The notes beneath the pieces were generated by a model that saw only the letters and a program-made list of their open reading frames with translations, was not told where the DNA came from and ran no database searches. The position numbers and the translations under genes were made by a program. A stretch of 32,435 bases of DNA from a virus. Its lineage: Duplodnaviria; Caudoviricetes. How positions within the stretch are numbered: position 1 is the first letter of the stretch; every line of letters begins with the position of its first letter. This document shows positions 1-8,900 of the stretch, piece after piece. The stretch is taken from positions 1 through 32,435 of IMG/VR virus record IMGVR_UViG_3300025610_002491. One strand, written 5' to 3'.

Positions 1-708
1 AACTTTAGTATTGAATCTTCTTTCTATTGCTTCTGATTCATTAAATACAGCTGATGATCGTCCCCAACCTCTAAGTAATTTTAATTTTCCAACTAATTTT
101 TTATCATTGGTACAAACCATACCACCTAAACCTGCAGCAGTTATAATATGTGACGCATAAAAACTTGTAGTCACTAAATCATTGTATTTACCTGTTGTAC
201 CATCTTTACTGTCATAATACTTATATCCAATTGTATCTGCACAGTCTTCAATAACTTTTAATCTATGTTGTTTTGCAAAATCATAAATTCTTTCCCAATT
301 ACAAACATTTCCTAATAAGTTCGGAACCATAATTGCGACTGTTTTGCTGGTTAAAGCAGTTGCAATATGTTGTAGATTACAAATAAATTCAGCATGCTCA
401 ACATCTACAAAATGAGGTATTAATCCACACTGATAAATAGGTGCAACCGTTGTTGCAAACGTTAATGCCGGTGTAATAACTTCACCACCTTTTGGTAAAT
501 CTAACGATGCTAGTGCGATTAGGTTAGCGGATGAACCAGAGTTAACCATCACACCATATTTTTTTCCAAAAATTTTTGCTACTTTAGTTTCAAATTCTTT
601 AACCAACGGACCATCCATCAAAGTTAAATGATTTTTTAAAACTTTATTGACTGCTTTTATTTCTTTTTGATCGTAAACTGCGTTTGCGTAATATACTTTA
701 TTAACCAT
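1..708 (-). CDS. DegT/DnrJ/EryC1/StrS family PLP-dependent enzyme, probably an NDP-4-keto-6-deoxysugar 3-dehydratase (ColD/RfbH-like); runs off the left edge
   Basis: Not in the ORF track. Manual translation from ATG at 708: MVNKVYYANAVYDQKEIKAV...VMVNSGSSANLIAL...EVITPALTFATTVAPI...PNLLGN...VIEDCADTIG...TSFYASHIITAAGLGGMV. These are family motifs, with His at the usual Schiff-base Lys position. Confidence 0.9.
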   Translation of the reverse strand, partial: MVNKVYYANAVYDQKEIKAVNKVLKNHLTLMDGPLVKEFETKVAKIFGKKYGVMVNSGSSANLIALASLDLPKGGEVITPALTFATTVAPIYQCGLIPHFVDVEHAEFICNLQHIATALTSKTVAIMVPNLLGNVCNWERIYDFAKQHRLKVIEDCADTIGYKYYDSKDGTTGKYNDLVTTSFYASHIITAAGLGGMVCTNDKKLVGKLKLLRGWGRSSAVFNESEAIERRFNTKV

Positions 709-714
709 AGAAGG

Positions 715-743
715 TTTCTACAATTAAATGTATGGTTTGTAAA
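715..743 (-). promoter_or_regulatory. Putative sigma70 promoter giving a leaderless transcript
   Basis: TTTACA-N17-TAGAAA ends 6 nt before the ATG at 708; no SD present. Confidence 0.4.
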
Positions 744-882
744 TAGATTTTATTTTACCACCTGCTTTTAATTTTTTAAGGTCACCTTTGGTTAATTTAG
801 AATAATCTATATCTTCATATAATTCTAAATGAGGATCTTTTTTAGGTTTTCTAATAAATAAATTTTTGATCCACTTAAACAT
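724..882 (-). CDS. Small basic hypothetical protein (52 aa)
   Basis: Manual translation MFKWIKNLFIRKPKKDPHLELYEDIDYSKLTKGDLKKLKAGGKIKSIYKPYI; TAATG stop/start overlap with the upstream ORF. Confidence 0.7.
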   Translation of the reverse strand: MFKWIKNLFIRKPKKDPHLELYEDIDYSKLTKGDLKKLKAGGKIKSIYKPYI

Positions 883-1271
883 TATTTTTTACCACCTAGA
901 TGTTTTAGTTCAGTAGCCTTAATTCCGTACACAGCTCCCACTACGGCTACCCAAAGTGAAATTATCCACCACGGCATTGTTTGTAATTTTTCAAAATATA
1001 AATCTAATTTTTGACCAATCTCTTCATCTTCTGCAAAAACAGAATATGCAAGCAAAAACAAAGGACTTGAGAGCACTAATAAAATAAATTCGTCCTTCCA
1101 GTCTCCTTTTTGATTTTTAGCAATCTGACCGGTGTACTCAATCTCTCCTCGTTTCATCTTTTCAGCATGGACGATTTGTGCTTCAGACATAATGATTTCA
1201 GATTTCTTTTTATTCTTATAAATCTCTGCACCAGTCTTTAATGCTGTACCAATTAAACTCCAAGGAAACAT
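882..1271 (-). CDS. Holin-like membrane protein
   Basis: Amphipathic N-terminus, WKDEF motif, two hydrophobic segments (FILLVLSSPLFLLAYSVF; WWIISLWVAVVGAVYGI) and a basic C-terminus; translationally coupled. Confidence 0.6.
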   Translation of the reverse strand: MFPWSLIGTALKTGAEIYKNKKKSEIIMSEAQIVHAEKMKRGEIEYTGQIAKNQKGDWKDEFILLVLSSPLFLLAYSVFAEDEEIGQKLDLYFEKLQTMPWWIISLWVAVVGAVYGIKATELKHLGGKK

Positions 1272-2092
1272 TAAAATACTCCTTTAAATTTTGTTCCTCT
1301 TATTGCAGCTCCACCCCCTCTAGAAAGTTTTACTGGAGGTACTTGTGGATTAGGTCCTCTTTTAGGTGGGGGACCCGAAGATACTCCACCACTTTTTAAC
1401 GGATAAAAAATAAAATCTTTTAAAAAACTTGAACTACTTGAAGAAGACCCCGTAGTTGTTGGAGCCTTTGTTACGGCAGGTTTAACACAAGGGGGTAAAC
1501 TTCCGTCAGGACATAAATTTAAACCACCTTTCGTATCTACCTTTGGGGGTTGAACAGGTTTTATTAAACCTGCATCTTTCATATAGTTTTTTCCTTCAGG
1601 ACTCTTAACATCTAAAGTTTTTCCTGTAGTTTTATAGTAATCTCTTGTTGCAGGTAAACCTGTAGGTTTACCAAATAAAGTTTCTCCTTTAGCTTTTTGA
1701 GTTTTAATTTTTGTATCTAATGGATCCACAACTAAATTCTTTAAAAGATTTACAGTCATGAACGGAGTTGGAGTAAATAAAGTTTGTGTAATAGTTTTTG
1801 GTTTATTAGTAGTTACTTGTTTATTTCCAGTGTCTTTAAAACTTTTATTTTTATTTATGGCTGCTTGTTTAGTTTGTGCCATTCTATTTGCAATGTCTCT
1901 ATCACTTCTACCAGGCCTTCCTGTTTCTGTTCCTTTATCTTTACCCATATCGGCACCACCGCCTACACGCTTAATTACTTTTTTAAGCTTACCAGAATTC
2001 TCCATGGCATAAAAAACTTGCTCACCCTTTTTCTTGCCATATTGTTCTTTAAATTTTTTCTTTAATTTTTTACCTTTAGCAGTAAGTGGCAT
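1271..2092 (-). CDS. Lys-rich putative internal head/virion protein
   Basis: 273 aa, coupled to portal by TAATG; basic and low complexity, with several xxGG motifs; ends RGGGAAIRGTKFKGVF. Confidence 0.6.
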   Translation of the reverse strand: MPLTAKGKKLKKKFKEQYGKKKGEQVFYAMENSGKLKKVIKRVGGGADMGKDKGTETGRPGRSDRDIANRMAQTKQAAINKNKSFKDTGNKQVTTNKPKTITQTLFTPTPFMTVNLLKNLVVDPLDTKIKTQKAKGETLFGKPTGLPATRDYYKTTGKTLDVKSPEGKNYMKDAGLIKPVQPPKVDTKGGLNLCPDGSLPPCVKPAVTKAPTTTGSSSSSSSFLKDFIFYPLKSGGVSSGPPPKRGPNPQVPPVKLSRGGGAAIRGTKFKGVF

Positions 2093-4434
2093 TATTTTTT
2101 AGCTCCTCTATTTTTAGCTCTTGCTATTTCTAGTTTTTCTTCAGCAACTCTAATTCTTTCAGCTGCTTGGTCTTCATTGTTTTCTAATTTCATCTTCTCT
2201 AAATCTAATTTCTCTTCAATTTCATTTTCTTTTATTTCCATATTCATCATACTCTCTTCAGACTTACGTTGTAAATCCATTGCTCTTAAATCTAGTTCTC
2301 TTTGTTTCAATGCAACTAGTGGATCTTGTTGTTGACCCATAGCTTCAGATTGTGCAAGCTCCATTGTTAATTGAGCAACTCTGTTTGCTATCATAGATGC
2401 TATTTTTATCTCTGCTCCTTCAGGATCAGACTGTAACATTTGTTGCATCATAGGATCATTTTGTATTTGAGCACCTACTTCACCTTGAGCTAACATAGAA
2501 ACGTGCTCAGAGATGTGAGATTGTAGTGCTGCATAAACTTGTGGGTTAATCTGCACCATTCGTGTAGACATAAATGCTCTATGCGCTGCAATATGTGCTT
2601 GATGGTCTTGAGTTGGGAAAGCTTTTAGTGGTTTTTGCATAATCGCTTCCATATTCTCGGTTGCAGGGTCTTTTGGCATTGGTCTTTCTTGTGGAATTAG
2701 CAATTGATCAATATCTTGAGTCCCCAATGCTTCATATACTCTTCGATATGCTTCTCTTAAGTTGTGCATCATCGGATTTGACATTGCAATCTTCAAATTC
2801 TCATTAGCCAACGTCACTCTTTGCGCCATACTCATGATATTTGGGTCTGCAACTGGAATTACATCAACTCTATCGTCAAAATCAGTTTGTTTTACTGCTT
2901 GATCTGCACCATATACTGAATACGGGTAGATTGGTGGTAAGTATGTGCCAAAAACTTTGGCTAAAAGTCTAAATTCTCTTCTCATTGAGTAGTAACATCG
3001 CTTGTGAATAGCACTCATGACTCTCGAACCACGTTCTAATAGCGAAACAGTCGTACCCACAGCTCTATTTTGCATGTCATTACCGGTATCCATGTTGGTA
3101 ATCGCTGCAAATTTCTGTCCTGCTTGTACAACAAAGCCCATTAATTGGTATAATGTAGCTGATGGTTCTTTAAATGGTAAAATTTGGAACTGATCTTTGA
3201 TATTTCCACCAGGTGCATCGACATCTCTGAACTCTCCTGGCTGAAATGGTTGATCATCATCTCTAATTCTTATACCTCTAGACTTAAATCCTGCAGGTAA
3301 ATTTGATAATGTTCCTGCATCAAGTAATTGTCTTAAAGATTGTGTAGCTGTTCTGCTTAATCCACCAATCATGTGAGTTAAACCAAAGCCATAAAAACCT
3401 AATCCTGGTAAAAATTTAAAATGTACAAAATATTCTTTTCTTTTTTTGGTCTCATCCATCATATCGTAGTTACGATAGATAGATAAAACTTCTCCACTTC
3501 CTTCATCAATCGTTACAATATATGGAATTTTGACTTGTTTTTCTGAATTTTGCATTTCAAATTCTTCTAAATTTAAATCGACATGCATTTCTAATATTTG
3601 ATAAGAATATTGTTTATCTGTTGAAGGCGTTACTCCTTCTAATTCTTGATATTTCTTTTCTATTTCTGATGGTCCTTTAGAAGTCGGTTTTAATTCAACA
3701 TCTCTATAAAATCCTGCTTGTTGTTTTTTAAGAATTTCATTCTCACCCATTTTCAATACATGAGTAATTCTTTCACAATCCATTAAGTCGGTTGCATAAT
3801 ACGGTACAACTAAATCTTCTGCAGGTATAAATTTAGATACTGCTCTTTGCATCACTTCATCATAGTAAACTTTTTTGAATGCAGAGCCTGCAAGCGCTAA
3901 ATAAAATAATAACTGATCAAACTCTGGAGTATACTCTTCCATCTCTTCAGTGATCATGTAGTTCATAAAGTCTTGAACTCTTTGTGCTTGATCTATCTTT
4001 TGAGAATCTTCCATTCCAAGAACTCTAGTTCTTACAGGTCCTTGAGACGGGAGTAATTCTTTATAGGCTTGTGCTTGGAATTGTGTAACAGCTTCTGATA
4101 AAAGTGGATGGGTCACGGATGCCGAACCTTTGAACGGTCTCGTCATCTCTGTATGCTTAATACCTAGGAGATCTAAATTATTGGTATAAGATGTTTCCCA
4201 ATCCTTACGTGAGATTCTATCCTTTTTATAATCGTCAAGCAATTCATTCGACATTCTTTGTAGAACATCATCAGACATATCTTCCGCAAGATTCTTGTAG
4301 AAGTCTTCTTGTTCAGACATAGCGTCATCCAGTTTTACTGGACCGTCTTCAGTCGTTTCTTCTAACTCGATATCTACTTCTTCTGTCTCAGGAGTCTCAA
4401 GCTCCGTCTCAATTGCTTTATCGATTTCAGCCAT
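2092..4434 (-). CDS. Portal protein (P22-like podovirus type)
   Basis: 780 aa; HPLLSEAVTQFQAQAYKELLP, LAGSAFKKVYYD, PGLGFYGFGL, PGEFRDVD; long Gln-rich coiled-coil C-terminus; lies downstream of terL. Confidence 0.9.
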   Translation of the reverse strand: MAEIDKAIETELETPETEEVDIELEETTEDGPVKLDDAMSEQEDFYKNLAEDMSDDVLQRMSNELLDDYKKDRISRKDWETSYTNNLDLLGIKHTEMTRPFKGSASVTHPLLSEAVTQFQAQAYKELLPSQGPVRTRVLGMEDSQKIDQAQRVQDFMNYMITEEMEEYTPEFDQLLFYLALAGSAFKKVYYDEVMQRAVSKFIPAEDLVVPYYATDLMDCERITHVLKMGENEILKKQQAGFYRDVELKPTSKGPSEIEKKYQELEGVTPSTDKQYSYQILEMHVDLNLEEFEMQNSEKQVKIPYIVTIDEGSGEVLSIYRNYDMMDETKKRKEYFVHFKFLPGLGFYGFGLTHMIGGLSRTATQSLRQLLDAGTLSNLPAGFKSRGIRIRDDDQPFQPGEFRDVDAPGGNIKDQFQILPFKEPSATLYQLMGFVVQAGQKFAAITNMDTGNDMQNRAVGTTVSLLERGSRVMSAIHKRCYYSMRREFRLLAKVFGTYLPPIYPYSVYGADQAVKQTDFDDRVDVIPVADPNIMSMAQRVTLANENLKIAMSNPMMHNLREAYRRVYEALGTQDIDQLLIPQERPMPKDPATENMEAIMQKPLKAFPTQDHQAHIAAHRAFMSTRMVQINPQVYAALQSHISEHVSMLAQGEVGAQIQNDPMMQQMLQSDPEGAEIKIASMIANRVAQLTMELAQSEAMGQQQDPLVALKQRELDLRAMDLQRKSEESMMNMEIKENEIEEKLDLEKMKLENNEDQAAERIRVAEEKLEIARAKNRGAKK

Positions 4435-4925
4435 TAATAAATTTTAGTTTTCTTATTTCTACCTAATTTGCATTTAGCCATAACAGATCCACCAGATTTA
4501 AACAAGGGTTTTTCGAATCTAAAACCAAATAATGATGGTCCTTCTGAAACTTTTTTCATACCAAAACCCATATTTTTTCTTCTTTCGTCTGCTGCTTTGT
4601 TTGCTGCTTTAAATTTATCAATACTAGATTGTGAAAATTTATTATCTGTTTTAACACCAAACATTTTAAAAGGCCCACTTTGTAAAACATCTTTCTCTAC
4701 AATTTTACCTGGAACTTTTTTAACTATATCTGGTTTAGCAATTGGTAATTTTGGAGTTTTACCTCTCATAGCTACATCTGAAGTCATTGCTTTTCTAGCT
4801 GAAGCCATTTTATCTCCTGCAATACCAGTAGCAGTTTTGCCACCTAACATCCCTAATTTAGATGCACCGATACCTAGAGCCACAGCCGCTAGTATCTTAT
4901 TTCGTCTTCTTGATTTTTTTGACAT
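4434..4925 (-). CDS. Basic hypothetical virion-associated protein
   Basis: 163 aa, SD AGGAG, between terL and portal; ends FKSGGSVMAKCKLGRNKKTKIY. Confidence 0.65.
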   Translation of the reverse strand: MSKKSRRRNKILAAVALGIGASKLGMLGGKTATGIAGDKMASARKAMTSDVAMRGKTPKLPIAKPDIVKKVPGKIVEKDVLQSGPFKMFGVKTDNKFSQSSIDKFKAANKAADERRKNMGFGMKKVSEGPSLFGFRFEKPLFKSGGSVMAKCKLGRNKKTKIY

Positions 4926-4936
4926 GTCTTAATCTC

Positions 4937-6421
4937 CTAATAATATACGTATTTACGTTCCCTATAACTTTCCATCTCATCCTCGTCAGCATAAGTAGTT
5001 ATAAAAGAACCTTGCCGATATCTTAACATAGCTTGTGTCGTACTGTCTACATAATCGTCATGTTCGCCATGAGGGAATGCTGCACATTCCTCAATAACTT
5101 CTTGAGCCCAATGTTCGTCTCGAGGATAATACACTTGCCCACTTTCGAAAATAGGTGCAGTGGCGTTGACCCGTGAGTGTTTGTCCTGGCCTCGTCCTGG
5201 TGTGTAATCCATCACCGGTATCCCCATTCTTCTAAATTCTTGTAATAAACTTTGACCACTGGCTTTCGCCTCAATGATCACGGTCTCTGGATTCCAGTAT
5301 TTATATTGATCAAGCGCTACCATTTTTAATTCTGGAAAATCATATTTACCTTTAATCGCATCGAGTAACATAATTGCATCTGGCCCTGATTCGTGAGGCG
5401 TGAATATTCCCCACGTAGTAATAGCTGAATAGTCGGCAGTTTCTTTTTTACTGAACGCTGTATCATAACTTTGAATAACATGTTTTAAAATTGGAAAGTC
5501 CCCTGTCCATGGTTGCCACCATTCTCGTTTTAAAATCGCACCTTCTTCTGAAGTTGGATTTTGCATATACTGCGCAGACCAGTTTCTAATGGATATAGAC
5601 GCTTTAACCTTTTCCAGTTCCTCTAGAGACCAATACTCAGGCCAAACGGGTCTCGAATCTTCACCCTCGCCTAAAATGGCTGGGAAAGAAATTGTTTCCC
5701 ACTTATCTGCCTTAGGTTCATTTTGTGATTTTATTAATCGACCTGTTAAATCATCTTGAGCCCATCTTGTCATTACAAGAACAATTGAGCCTCCTGGTTG
5801 TAAACGTTGTCTTGGTCCAGACAAGTACCAGTCAAAAGTTCTCTCCATTGCTGAATCAGACATTGAGTCTTGTTCAGTATGTGGGTCATCGATAATAAGT
5901 AAGTCCGCCCCTCGTCCAGTGATTGAACCGCCTACCCCCGCTGCAAAGTATTCCCCACCTTGATTGGTCTCCCAACGTCCCTTAGCTTTACTATCTTCTC
6001 GTAGTCTAACATCTCCAAAGATTTGTTTATACTCTGCACTGTCAATTAAATTTCTTACCTTTGCACCGAACCTTCCAGAAAGTTCTGCGTTGTGTGACAC
6101 CTGCATAATTTTCATCTTAGGAAACTTCCCTATCATCCAAGCAGGAAAATAGATTGAAGCAAATTCAGATTTAGTATGCCTAGGAGGCATATTTACAATG
6201 AGCCTTCCTTTTTTGTTTTTAGATATTTTTGTAAACTCATGAGCAATATGTTGATGATGGCCCCACTTATCAGGATCTTTATCAGTACGGCATATGAAGT
6301 CTGGCCAAACATTCTTTACAAAATATAAGAAGTTATCCTGACATAATTTTATATGTTGAAGCCACACTTTTTCGAGCCTCTCTCGTAATTGATCGGTGGT
6401 CAATAATTCTGCTTTAGTCAT
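4937..6421 (-). CDS. terL: Terminase large subunit
   Basis: Walker A variant MPPRHTKS, Walker B LLIIDDP, VMTRW coupling motif, RNase H-like nuclease motifs SYDTA and HDDYVDS. Confidence 0.95.
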   Translation of the reverse strand: MTKAELLTTDQLRERLEKVWLQHIKLCQDNFLYFVKNVWPDFICRTDKDPDKWGHHQHIAHEFTKISKNKKGRLIVNMPPRHTKSEFASIYFPAWMIGKFPKMKIMQVSHNAELSGRFGAKVRNLIDSAEYKQIFGDVRLREDSKAKGRWETNQGGEYFAAGVGGSITGRGADLLIIDDPHTEQDSMSDSAMERTFDWYLSGPRQRLQPGGSIVLVMTRWAQDDLTGRLIKSQNEPKADKWETISFPAILGEGEDSRPVWPEYWSLEELEKVKASISIRNWSAQYMQNPTSEEGAILKREWWQPWTGDFPILKHVIQSYDTAFSKKETADYSAITTWGIFTPHESGPDAIMLLDAIKGKYDFPELKMVALDQYKYWNPETVIIEAKASGQSLLQEFRRMGIPVMDYTPGRGQDKHSRVNATAPIFESGQVYYPRDEHWAQEVIEECAAFPHGEHDDYVDSTTQAMLRYRQGSFITTYADEDEMESYRERKYVYY

Positions 6422-6601
6422 CTAGATTCAATATACACCCGGGTCCCCTAAAAATAAACCCCTGTATTCTACAGCCAGGTACTACTTCTATGTATGCTAC
6501 AAACCTAAAGCTAATTATTAAGAATGTTTAAAAAAAAATCCTAAAAAAATAAAAAATAAAAACTTTTCGTTTTTGGTTTTTGATTGGTACCTCTACGGGT
6601 A

Positions 6602-6623
6602 GCCCAGGCCGTTAGGCCTGGGC
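6602..6623. repeat. GC-rich stem-loop (CCAGGC/GCCTGG family)
   Basis: gcccaggcc-gtta-ggcctgggc, perfect 9-bp arms just after the stop at 6632. Confidence 0.85.
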
Positions 6624-6631
6624 AGGGGAAA

Positions 6632-7051
6632 CTATTGCGCGCCTATTCTTTTAATAGAGTTCTTAACGTTAATTATAAAGTTATTATAATCATAACGCTT
6701 AAAGATTTGCCACGCTTGTTCAACCTCACACGGTTTACTTAATGTAGGCGCCATTAACTTACATTTTTTATCATGAGGTAAGTTATAAACAGAGTGACCT
6801 AGTTCATGTAGTACTACATGTAATAAGTACTGATAACCTCTGTCTATTGCTTTTTCAGTGATCCAGATGTTATGACCTCCGCCCACGCCTAAAACGTTTT
6901 TATATTCATGAGCAGATTCACCGATTCGAACATTTACACGCGGTAAGTTAATGCCTCTGTCACGCGCTTCATATAAAATGTTTATAACTTTACGTCTTAA
7001 CTTATAAACGCTGTCATTCATTTTGTAGTTTTTTATTTCTTTTGTTTTCAT
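6632..7051 (-). CDS. Zinc metallopeptidase-like protein (HExxH, metzincin-like)
   Basis: VLHELGHSVYNLPH followed by CKLM (possible Met-turn). Start moved to 7051 because AAAGGGG SD precedes it. Confidence 0.75.
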   Translation of the reverse strand: MKTKEIKNYKMNDSVYKLRRKVINILYEARDRGINLPRVNVRIGESAHEYKNVLGVGGGHNIWITEKAIDRGYQYLLHVVLHELGHSVYNLPHDKKCKLMAPTLSKPCEVEQAWQIFKRYDYNNFIINVKNSIKRIGAQ

Positions 7052-7090
7052 GTTTTCCCCTTTGTTAGTTGTTAAATTAAACATGTTTTA

Positions 7091-7119
7091 TTTATATCCC
7101 ATCTAAATAAGATAGTCAA
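7091..7119 (-). promoter_or_regulatory. Sigma70 promoter with operator box in the spacer
   Basis: TTGACT-N17-TATAAA; ATCCCAtctaaaTAAGAT at 7096-7113; AT-rich UP-like tract upstream. Confidence 0.8.
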
Positions 7120-7149
7120 CTAATAAATTAATTTTTTTTTATTTTTATT

Positions 7150-7177
7150 CAACCCAGGCGTGTACACGCCTGGGTTG
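7150..7177. repeat. 28-bp perfect palindrome (CCAGGC/GCCTGG family)
   Basis: caacccaggcgtgt|acacgcctgggttg, just after the stop at 7186. Confidence 0.9.
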
Positions 7178-7185
7178 TTTTATGT

Positions 7186-7512
7186 TTATTTAACTATCTT
7201 TGTTTTTAACTCTACAGCCTCCCCATCTACTATAAATTTATTATACAGATGCGGGTGCTTCTCCTGGAAAGCTTTCACATCAAAACGCTTAGTATTTTTC
7301 CTAACCGCTTCAATATAATAAGATTTATTTTTATATTTATTTATTATAGATCCGCCCATTCGGTCTACAATCTCCAGGGCTTCCTCCTTAACGTTAACCC
7401 ATAATCTATTATAAGATTTACGTGTGTCATTAATTTCACACGCTTGAAAAAGTTTACTGTTTTCAATTGGTGAAATCGCCTGGCTGTTTTTTGTTTTTTG
7501 TTGTGCTGTCAT
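7186..7512 (-). CDS. Hypothetical early phage protein
   Basis: 108 aa, strong SD AAGGAGG; C-terminal RFDVKAFQEKHPHLYNKF. Confidence 0.8.
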   Translation of the reverse strand: MTAQQKTKNSQAISPIENSKLFQACEINDTRKSYNRLWVNVKEEALEIVDRMGGSIINKYKNKSYYIEAVRKNTKRFDVKAFQEKHPHLYNKFIVDGEAVELKTKIVK

Positions 7513-7553
7513 AAATTAACCTCCTTGTTAGTTTGTTGTTTTATGTTTAACAC

Positions 7554-7588
7554 ATCCCATCAATATAAGATATTTAAATAGTTGTCAA
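7554..7588 (-). promoter_or_regulatory. Sigma70 promoter with operator box over the -10
   Basis: TTGACA-N17-TATTGA; ATCCCAtcaataTAAGAT at 7554-7571. Confidence 0.75.
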
Positions 7589-7608
7589 ATAAAAAATTAA
7601 TTTTTTTT

Positions 7609-7635
7609 CTAGGCCAGGTTGTACGCCTGGCCTAG
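7609..7635. repeat. GC-rich stem-loop (CCAGGC/GCCTGG family)
   Basis: ctaggccagg-ttgtacg-cctggcctag, perfect 10-bp arms. Confidence 0.85.
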
Positions 7636-7647
7636 TTTGGAACAATT

Positions 7648-7758
7648 CTAAATTAGCATTAATAGACAGAATATAAAAACAAAGGTGAAGGGATAGAATA
7701 GAGCGAATCGGATCCCCATCGCTGCAGCCTTCTCTGTCCTGGTTGGTTTGCGACTCAT
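7648..7758 (-). CDS. Small membrane protein (36 aa)
   Basis: Manual translation MSRKPTRTEKAAAMGIRFALFYPFTFVFIFCLLMLI; ATGA overlap with the upstream stop. Confidence 0.65.
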   Translation of the reverse strand: MSRKPTRTEKAAAMGIRFALFYPFTFVFIFCLLMLI

Positions 7759-8456
7759 GAAGCAACCTTGATAAAACTATTCGTTGTCACCTTCCGCCCG
7801 AGTCCCTTTGCAACCAAACCCACAACCACGCCCGAAGGGTCTTTAAATCTTAAGTCGTGTTTATCTCCATTTATAACACGTCTGTCCATCCAGGTTCTGG
7901 GTAACTTATCCTTGAATACTACAGCAACGTTTGCGCCCTTCTCCATTGCTGCTAGTTGATCCGATTCATTCCGTCCTGAATCACTAAATGTAAAATGTAA
8001 ATTCTCAAAATCATGATCAAGATAATTTAAGACTTTAGTGTATTCGTAGAATTTTACATCCGGATGCAGCTCCATAAGTGTGCTGCCTCCATCGACTTTC
8101 ATTCGATGCCAGGGTAGGTCCGAAGTCCCATTGAGCCTACAAGCGAATTTATAGCCCTGAGATCTAGCCCGCTTTTTTAGCTGCTCGATCTCCTTCGATA
8201 GCTCCCAAAGAAAACCGTTTTTATTGGTCCAGAAGTAATTCGTTTTATTGACTCTGGCCCTCTGTACTGAGCCCATCTGGCCCCGTCCAGAAGTATTCAA
8301 ACATGGCGCAATGCATCCTCCTGGCCCTTTGGTTGCCTTTGGACAAACATTCTTACCACTTAGATCATATGGCGCTAGATGCAAGATCGCTGTTTTATAT
8401 CCGAATGCTTCACCCTTTGCCATTTTGGTTTGGCTGTAATAATTAAGCAGGGGCAT
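7755..8456 (-). CDS. GP88-family phage protein (Cys-triad, radical-SAM-like fold suspected)
   Basis: VCPKA...CIAPCLNTSGRG, RLNGTSD, FYEYTK, HFTFS and GDKHDLRF motifs, recognised as typical of the gene-product-88 family. Confidence 0.75.
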   Translation of the reverse strand: MPLLNYYSQTKMAKGEAFGYKTAILHLAPYDLSGKNVCPKATKGPGGCIAPCLNTSGRGQMGSVQRARVNKTNYFWTNKNGFLWELSKEIEQLKKRARSQGYKFACRLNGTSDLPWHRMKVDGGSTLMELHPDVKFYEYTKVLNYLDHDFENLHFTFSDSGRNESDQLAAMEKGANVAVVFKDKLPRTWMDRRVINGDKHDLRFKDPSGVVVGLVAKGLGRKVTTNSFIKVAS

Positions 8457-8691
8457 AAGCTACATCCTCCCAGTTACCGTTAACCTTAGCTAATTTTATT
8501 TGATTACTATAAACACTGCCCGCCTCATCAACTAGCCCAAATTCCGAGCCCTTAGAAAAAATTAAAATAGTTTTTTTTAATCCTTTGCCTTGCTTTGGTG
8601 ACTCGAGAAGCTTTCCACTGCATAAGATGACTGGGTGCAATTGGCTGCTTTTTATTTCCTGCCCTTTTTTTAGATCTTTAAACATTATCAT
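8443..8691 (-). CDS. Hypothetical early phage protein (82 aa)
   Basis: Start moved to 8691 (MIMFKDLKKG) after SD AAGGAG; overlaps the GP88 start. Confidence 0.75.
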   Translation of the reverse strand: MIMFKDLKKGQEIKSSQLHPVILCSGKLLESPKQGKGLKKTILIFSKGSEFGLVDEAGSVYSNQIKLAKVNGNWEDVAYAPA

Positions 8692-8807
8692 TTTTTTTTG
8701 CTCCTTTGTTAGTTGCGGCAGCCTCAACTCTCATTCAGGGCCCTGGATTTAATAGCTTAGGTTTACAACTCCTTAACGGTCCTGACATAGTAAACTACTG
8801 CCTTGAT

Positions 8808-8840
8808 ATCCCATTTATATAAGATGGCTGCAGCTGTCAA
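8808..8840 (-). promoter_or_regulatory. Sigma70 promoter with operator box over the -10
   Basis: TTGACA-N17-TAAATG; ATCCCAtttataTAAGAT at 8808-8825; long A-tract upstream. Confidence 0.75.
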
Positions 8841-8900
8841 CTATTATTTTTATTTTTTTTTAAATTTTTTTATTCTTTATTTATTCCGGTCCAATGAAAT

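Noticed and set aside
700-900. Prophage boundary (att site) between the sugar enzyme and phage genes
   Set aside because: Genes are tightly packed and co-oriented, with no integrase, tRNA or att-like repeat. Cannot be fully excluded without flanking sequence.
1428-1450. Poly-Ser run as a slippage/contingency locus
   Set aside because: Encoded by mixed Ser codons, not a simple nucleotide repeat.
8715-8805. Hammerhead or pistol ribozyme (CUGAAUGA; UUUAAUAG)
   Set aside because: No CUGANGA plus GAAA core, and the pistol pseudoknot/P2/P3 order could not be built.
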